From positions 724 to 64,723 of the forward strand of contig DASSNT010000016.1 in assembly GCA_035701285.1 (NCBI GenBank): 64,000 nucleotides of DNA. The letters are read 5' to 3'. Both the position numbers and the translations under genes were made by a program. Below the pieces are notes generated by a model. It worked only from the letters and a program-made list of their open reading frames with translations. It was not told where the DNA came from and did not search any database. Position 1 is the first letter of the stretch, and each line of letters opens with the position of its first letter. Shown piece after piece: positions 58,782-64,000 of this stretch. Source of the stretch: Gammaproteobacteria bacterium (GTDB lineage Bacteria > Pseudomonadota > Gammaproteobacteria > Natronospirales > DASSBR01).

Positions 58782-61280
58782 TTAGCCGTCGGGATTGCGC
58801 GTAGCGTCTTCAGCCGCCGGCGGATCCGTCCGGCGTTCTTCGGCATCCTGTTGACGCCGCTGCTCGTACAGCTCCCGCAGAGGCGGTGCCGACACGGCCT
58901 GGTCCGGCGCGGGTCGGGTTTCCGGCATTTGATGTTGCCGTTCCGGCTTGGTCTCGCTCACCGGTGCGCCCGTCGGCCTGCTGGTGGATATGGATGCGTC
59001 GGCTGGCTTTTCAGCGCGTGACGGTTCGGCCGGTTGTGCCGGCCGGCTTTGCGGCTGCGCCGGGGGTTCCGGCTTCAGACGCGGCGACTGTTCATCCGCC
59101 GAGGCGCGTGGCGCCGTCTGCGCCGGATTACTCGTCGACTTTTCGCCAGGCGCTTGCGGAGATTCCTGCTCCGGCCGATTGTTATTCCGCGGCTCCTGTC
59201 CTTCCCGGTTTTCGCTGCGAGCACGCCGACGCCGGCGGCCGCCGCGGCGACCGCGCCGCGTGCCCCGGTTCGAACGGCTCGATTTCTGTTCGCCGCCCGA
59301 TTCGGCGCCAGGGGCTGGCGCCGCCGCGGTCGCAGGCTTTTTGTCCGCGTTTGACGACGCAGTGGCCGTTTCCGCGGAGCCGCCGCGCTTCGCCGCACCG
59401 CCGTTACCGGACGGTTTGCTGCCGCGATTGCTCTGCGAGCGGTTGCCTGAGGCGCCGTTTGACCTCGTCCGGCCGCGACCGCTACCGCCGCTGGCGCGGC
59501 GGTCGCTGCTCCGGGAACTGCCCGACGAGCGGCTGGAAGCGGGAGCACTGCGCTTTTCCTGCCTTTTTCGCGATGCCGGTTCCTCCGGCGCCGGGGCAAA
59601 GAGCCACGACCACAACCGGGGCAACACGCCGGCTTGCGCCGGTGCGGCCGCCTGGGCCGTAATCGGTGCAGGTGCGGCCGGGGAGATCGCTTTGACGGCC
59701 GGCTCTTCCGCGCGCGGTGCCGCGCGTGACTTCAGATAGTCGTTGGCGGTAGGCGCCGCGTTGGCGGCGATCTTATAGCTGGACTCGCTCTTGTCCGCCG
59801 GCATGTCCTGATCACGCGTGCGCTGGATTTCAAAGCGCGGCGTCTCCAGCAGCGGATTCGGGACCAGCACCACGCTGATGCCGCAGCGGCTTTCGATTGC
59901 GGTCACGGCATCGCGCTTTTCATTCAGCAGGTACGTCGCGACGTCGACCGGCAGATGCGCGGCCACACGACCGGTGCGGTCTTTCATCGCTTCTTCTTCA
60001 ATCAGCCGCAGGATCGATAACGCGAGCGACTCGATACCCCGAATCCGGCCTTCGCCGGCGCAGCGCGGGCAGACGATCTGCGTGAACTCGCCCAGCGACG
60101 GGCGCAGCCGCTGGCGCGACATTTCCATCAGTCCGAACCGCGAGATGCGTCCGACCTGGATACGCGCACGGTCCATTTTCAGTGCCGCGCGCAGCCGGTT
60201 TTCGACCTCGCGCTGATTGCGTGCGGGCCCCATGTCGATGAAATCGATCACGACCAACCCGCCGATGTCGCGCAGGCGGAGCTGGCGGGCGATTTCGTCG
60301 GCGGCCTCAAGATTGGTGTTCAGCGCGGTTTCTTCAATGTCGCCGCCCTTGGTCGCCCGTGCCGAGTTGATGTCGATCGACACCAGCGCCTCGGTGTGGT
60401 CGATGACCAGCGCGCCGCCCGACGGCAGGCGCACGTCACGCCCGAACGCCGCTTCGATCTGGCTCTCGATCTGGTAGCGGTTGAACAGCGGCACGTCCTC
60501 GTCGTACTGCTTGAGCTTCGACAGGCTTTGCGGCATGACCCGTTGCATGAAGTCCTGCGCGTCGCGAAACACGGCGGGATCGTCGATCAGAATTTCGCCG
60601 ATATCGGGGCGCAGGTAGTCGCGCAGCGCCCGGATGATCACGTTGCTTTCCTGGTAGATCAGGAAGGGCGCGGCCTTCTGCGCGGCCGCTTCTTCAATCG
60701 CGCGCCAGACCTGCACCAGGTAGTCCAGGTCCCACTGCAGTTCCTCGCCGCTGCGGCCGACGCCGGCGGTGCGGACGATCACGCCCATGCCATCCGGGGC
60801 GCTCAAGGTGGCCAGCGCTTCGCGCACTTCTTCACGTTCATCGCCCTCGATGCGGCGCGAGACGCCGCCAGCGCGCGGGTTGTTCGGCATCAGCACCAGG
60901 AAACGCCCGGCGAGACTGACGAAGGTGGTCAGCGCGGCGCCCTTGGTGCCGCGTTCTTCCTTGTCGATCTGGACGACAAGCTCCTGGCCTTCGCGCACCA
61001 CGTCCTTGATATTGACGCGGCCGCCGTCGCCGTCGGGGGAGGAGGAGAAGTAGCTGCGGGAAATTTCCTTCAGCGGGAGAAAGCCGTGGCGTTCCGCGCC
61101 GTAGTCGACGAAAGCCGCTTCGAGGCTGGGTTCGACCCGGCTGATGCGGCCCTTATAGATGTTGGCTTTTTTCTGCTCGCGACTCGGAACTTCGATGTCC
61201 AGGTCGTTGAGGGTCTGGCCGTCCACCATGGCCACGCGCAACTCTTCCGGCTGAGTTGCGTTAATGAGCATTCGTTTCAT
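58782..61280 (-). CDS. rne: Ribonuclease E
   Basis: '[22 protein letters not shown]', S1 domain, 'VIDFIDM', '[10 protein letters not shown]' Zn-link. About 320-aa Arg/Pro/Ser-rich low-complexity C-terminal half. Confidence 0.96.
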   Translation of the reverse strand: MKRMLINATQPEELRVAMVDGQTLNDLDIEVPSREQKKANIYKGRISRVEPSLEAAFVDYGAERHGFLPLKEISRSYFSSSPDGDGGRVNIKDVVREGQELVVQIDKEERGTKGAALTTFVSLAGRFLVLMPNNPRAGGVSRRIEGDEREEVREALATLSAPDGMGVIVRTAGVGRSGEELQWDLDYLVQVWRAIEEAAAQKAAPFLIYQESNVIIRALRDYLRPDIGEILIDDPAVFRDAQDFMQRVMPQSLSKLKQYDEDVPLFNRYQIESQIEAAFGRDVRLPSGGALVIDHTEALVSIDINSARATKGGDIEETALNTNLEAADEIARQLRLRDIGGLVVIDFIDMGPARNQREVENRLRAALKMDRARIQVGRISRFGLMEMSRQRLRPSLGEFTQIVCPRCAGEGRIRGIESLALSILRLIEEEAMKDRTGRVAAHLPVDVATYLLNEKRDAVTAIESRCGISVVLVPNPLLETPRFEIQRTRDQDMPADKSESSYKIAANAAPTANDYLKSRAAPRAEEPAVKAISPAAPAPITAQAAAPAQAGVLPRLWSWLFAPAPEEPASRKRQEKRSAPASSRSSGSSRSSDRRASGGSGRGRTRSNGASGNRSQSNRGSKPSGNGGAAKRGGSAETATASSNADKKPATAAAPAPGAESGGEQKSSRSNRGTRRGRRGGRRRRRARSENREGQEPRNNNRPEQESPQAPGEKSTSNPAQTAPRASADEQSPRLKPEPPAQPQSRPAQPAEPSRAEKPADASISTSRPTGAPVSETKPERQHQMPETRPAPDQAVSAPPLRELYEQRRQQDAEERRTDPPAAEDATRNPDG

Positions 61281-61638
61281 TGTGCCGATCTCTCAGGCAC
61301 TCAGGCGCGTAAGCATGTTGTGGCACGCGCTCTGACGGTTGCGATCGGATTCTCTGTGATGGCGCCGCGCACAGGCGTGGCTGCCGGAATCCCTGCCAAC
61401 GTCAGCGCTGCGTGACCATGCCGCGCATGGGAGCGCCGATGTAGTCTGCCGCTCGCCACAGCGAACGGCCGAAAAGTTTAATCAGGAGAAGCCGATTGAG
61501 CTTCCCCGCCTGTGCATTAAAGCCTTCGTTGCAAAAAATGAGGCTTTACGGGGGCCGAGACTCGTATTATGTCGCATGGCGCAGTCGCGCCGTGGCCACC
61601 GGTTCGGTACTATAGCAATCACACGCATTGCATCGCAA
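61281..61638 (-). promoter_or_regulatory. Long rne 5' leader with candidate promoter (-35 TTGCGA 61638-61633, -10 TATAGT 61614-61609 on the minus strand)
   Basis: About 320-nt untranslated leader, comparable to the autoregulatory E. coli rne leader. Contains hairpin 'aaagcct-N14-aggcttt' (minus strand, about 61519-61546). Promoter is by hexamer match only. Confidence 0.35.
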
Positions 61639-61672
61639 TCTTTCTTTATTCTCAATTACTTGGGGCGCAGAT

Positions 61673-62614
61673 TTGAGTATCGGTGGACAAGCCGTTCGTC
61701 ACGCCGTGGCCAATGCCGAGGACGAAGGCCAGCGTGTGGATAACTTTCTGTTCCGCGAGCTGAAGGGCGTGCCGAAAGGCCATGTTTACCGGCTGCTGCG
61801 CACCGGACAGGTGCGCGTGAACGGGCGCCGGGTCAAGCCGACCAGCCGGCTCGCGGCAGGCGACGATGTCCGTATTCCGCCAGTGAAGCAGGCGAGCGCG
61901 AAGCCGGCTGCGCCGACGGGCCAGGATCTGGGCTGGCTGGCCAATTGCATCATTTACGAGGACGACAGCCTGCTGGTGCTCAATAAGCCGGCGGGCCTTG
62001 CCGTCCACGGCGGCAGCGGCCTGAGCCTGGGCGCGATCGAGGCGTTGCGGGCGCTGAGGCCGCAGGCGCCGTACCTGGAGCTGGTTCACCGGCTGGACCG
62101 CGAAACCAGTGGCTGCCTGCTGATCGCGAAGCGCCGCAGCCGGCTGCGCGCGATGCACGAGCTGCTGCGCAACGGGCACGTAGAAAAGAAGTACCTGGCG
62201 CTGTTATCCGGGCACCTGAATGATGCGGGCTCCGTGACGGCCGCTTTGCGCAAGCACCAGGTGGCAGGGGGCGAGCGCCGCGTGCATGTGGACGAGAGCG
62301 GCAAGGCGGCAGAAACACGTTTCAAGCCGCTAACGATGTACGGGCAGGGGACGCTGGTCGAGGCAAGAATCCTCACCGGCCGGACGCATCAGATCCGTGT
62401 ACACGCGGCGCATCTGGGCCATCCGGTCGCGGGCGACGACAAGTACGGCGAGCACGAAACGAACCGTGATTGGCGCAGGCTAGGTCTGAAGCGGATGTTC
62501 CTGCATGCGGCGAGTATCAGTTTTACGGCGCCGTGGAATGACGTGCCGCTGGCGTTTGATGCGCCGCTGGATTCGGAGTTACGAGGGGTTCTGGATCGGC
62601 TGGAAGAGGGTTAG
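61673..62614 (+). CDS. rluC: 23S rRNA pseudouridine synthase RluC
   Basis: S4 domain 'GQRVDNFLFRELKGVPKGHVYRLLRTGQVRVNGRR', 'HRLDRETSGCLLIAK', 'TGRTHQIRVH'. Start uncertain: TTG 61673 fits the E. coli N-terminal length; TTG 61628 is the ORF-track limit. Confidence 0.88.
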   Translation: MSIGGQAVRHAVANAEDEGQRVDNFLFRELKGVPKGHVYRLLRTGQVRVNGRRVKPTSRLAAGDDVRIPPVKQASAKPAAPTGQDLGWLANCIIYEDDSLLVLNKPAGLAVHGGSGLSLGAIEALRALRPQAPYLELVHRLDRETSGCLLIAKRRSRLRAMHELLRNGHVEKKYLALLSGHLNDAGSVTAALRKHQVAGGERRVHVDESGKAAETRFKPLTMYGQGTLVEARILTGRTHQIRVHAAHLGHPVAGDDKYGEHETNRDWRRLGLKRMFLHAASISFTAPWNDVPLAFDAPLDSELRGVLDRLEEG

Positions 62615-62629
62615 TTTCGGGGTTGTCGC

Positions 62630-62742
62630 AGGGGCGGCGGCGCGGTGCCTTCTCCCAGGGACGCCGTGAATACATCCCTGTAGGCTCTGGGTTCGGCATC
62701 CTGCCTCACACAGCCCTGGGAGAAGGCACCGCACCCCCGCCC
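62630..62742 (+). repeat. Family B palindromic element, copy B3
   Basis: Identical 26-nt core at 62662-62687. Perfect arms 'gcggtgccttctcccaggg' / 'ccctgggagaaggcaccgc'. Confidence 0.85.
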
Positions 62743-62778
62743 GATTCGTTGTAGACTCGGTAGGGAGGAGAAATTTAC

Positions 62779-62885
62779 ACCCCTCACCCTAACCCTCTCC
62801 CCGAGGGAGAGGGGATGAGAAGACTACGGGCTGACGGCGAAACTTCTTGCACCTTCTCCCCCAGGGAGAAGGCAGGGATGAAGGG
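62779..62885. repeat. Family C composite hairpin element, copy C3
   Basis: 'cccctcaccctaaccctctccccgagggagagggg...ccttctcccccagggagaaggcagggatgaaggg', related to C1 and C2. Confidence 0.85.
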
Positions 62886-62889
62886 ATAA

Positions 62890-63172
62890 ATTGCCTGCCG
62901 GCCAGGAAGGCCGGCTCCAACCCTGCGATTTGAGCGCAGCCGAAGATCGGGCTGAAAATCGGGGAAACAAGGAACAGTGTCCGAAGCCATGGAGGGCTGA
63001 GTTCTGTTCCGGCCCCGATTTTCAGCCCGATCTTCGGGAAGTCCAAAGTGCAGGGATGCACTTTGGGCCAAGCTCCATGAGCAATGGTTTTGGTGACTTT
63101 TGCCGAAACAAAAGTCACTCGGCCGCCGGGCCGAGACCCGGCACCCAATCAACCCGCCGAAGGCGGATCAAA
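62890..63172 (-). repeat. Family D multi-hairpin element, copy D2 (inverted relative to D1)
   Basis: The reverse complement aligns end to end with 50521-50797. Ends 6 nt from the gspF stop. Confidence 0.9.
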
Positions 63173-63177
63173 ATTTC

Positions 63178-64000
63178 TTAATGCACGAGCGTATTAAGAT
63201 CAAAAATCGGCAGCATAATTGCCAAAACAATAACCAAAACGATCGCCCCCATAATCAAAATCATAGCCGGCTCAAGAACCCCCAACATAGTAGCCAGCAA
63301 CGTCTCAAGCTCCCGCTCCTGATTCTGCGCAGCCCGCTCCAGCATGGTCCGAAGCTGCCCACTGGTCTCACCACTGGCAATCAGATGGATTGTCATCGGC
63401 GGAAACAGCCCGCTGACGGCCAGCGCCCGATTGATCGCCGAACCTTCGCGAACCCGGTTGGCGGCTTCATCGACAGCTTCGCGCATCGGCACATTGGAAA
63501 CCACTTCACCGGCAATCCGCAGCGCTTCCAGCACCGGCACGCCGCTGCCGGCGAGAATACTGAGCGTGCGGGTGAACCGGGAGGTATTGAGGCCGCGCAC
63601 GACGCGCCCGATCAGCGGCAGCTTCAGCAGCAGGCGGTGAAACTGACGCTTCGGCTCGGGACGCTTCAGCCAGAAATAAATGCCGAAGCCGACAACAACG
63701 ATGCCGATCAGCAGGTAGATGCCGTCGGCGCGCAGGAAATCGCTGAGCGCGATCAATGCCCGGGTCAGAAACGGCAGCTCGTGCCCGATGTTGTTGAACA
63801 CCGTCACCACCTGCGGCACGACGTAGGTCAGCAGGAACGCGACGATGATGATCGACATCGCCGTCAGCAGGATCGGGTAGATCATTGCGAGGCCGAGCTT
63901 CTGACGAAGCGCCTGACGGCTTTCGGCGTAATCGGCCAGCCGTTCGAGCACCGCGTCGAGATGACCCGTTTGTTCGCCGGCGGCGACGGTGGCGCGAAAA
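63178..64000 (-). CDS. gspF: Type II secretion system inner-membrane protein F (5' part outside window)
   Basis: The frame stays open to the window edge ('...AAGEQTGHLDAVLERLADYAE'). 'GLFPPMTIHLIASGETSG', C-terminal 'LAIMLPIFDLN'. Confidence 0.9.
   Translation of the reverse strand, partial: FRATVAAGEQTGHLDAVLERLADYAESRQALRQKLGLAMIYPILLTAMSIIIVAFLLTYVVPQVVTVFNNIGHELPFLTRALIALSDFLRADGIYLLIGIVVVGFGIYFWLKRPEPKRQFHRLLLKLPLIGRVVRGLNTSRFTRTLSILAGSGVPVLEALRIAGEVVSNVPMREAVDEAANRVREGSAINRALAVSGLFPPMTIHLIASGETSGQLRTMLERAAQNQERELETLLATMLGVLEPAMILIMGAIVLVIVLAIMLPIFDLNTLVH

Noticed and set aside
58886-59739. 258-263-aa plus-strand ORFs opposite the rne 3' half.
   Set aside because: These are antisense to the low-complexity Arg/Pro/Ser-rich RNase E C-terminal region, and their composition mirrors it. 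No independent signals were found.

Overview
GC-rich gammaproteobacterial chromosomal segment made up almost entirely of core housekeeping genes. Gene order closely parallels the E. coli and Pseudomonas arrays. All homology calls come from motif recognition by eye; no database search was run.

Gene content, left to right:
- mltG(partial)-tmk-holB-pilZ.
- nnr-tsaE-amiB.
- A glutamate dehydrogenase.
- A complete 13-gene E. coli-type NADH:quinone oxidoreductase operon (nuoA-N, with nuoCD fused).
- A 4.7 kb patch of small accessory genes: DUF2188-like, DksA/TraR zinc finger, stand-alone LigD polymerase domain, CDF transporter, GlsB/YeaQ, an unlisted 53-aa Pmp3/YqaE ORF, and DUF2254.
- mutL-miaA-hfq-hflXKC-DUF2065-purA.
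- pdxJ-acpS-(PolB-like exonuclease)-nagZ-hpt-mtnP.
- csiV-like and mfd.
- A PadR plus membrane-protein pair.
- aguAB.
- lolC/F-lolD.
- comEC.
- exbBD-msbA-lpxK-ycaR-kdsB-ptp.
- rne, divergent from rluC.
- The 3' part of gspF.

Not found: rRNA, tRNA, CRISPR arrays, transposase or integrase genes, or any canonical defence system.

The most unusual content is non-coding. At least four families of palindromic or multi-hairpin repeats occupy nearly every long intergenic gap.
- Four of the occupied gaps are gene junctions inside the nuo operon.
- One family is a roughly 280-nt multi-hairpin element present as two inverted copies. Their sequence differences are largely compensatory and preserve the stems.
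- Another family has a 26-nt core that is identical in three copies. Its flanking arms differ between copies but are self-complementary within each copy.

The best protein-level oddity is an orphan LigD-type primase-polymerase apparently co-transcribed with a DksA/TraR zinc-finger protein.
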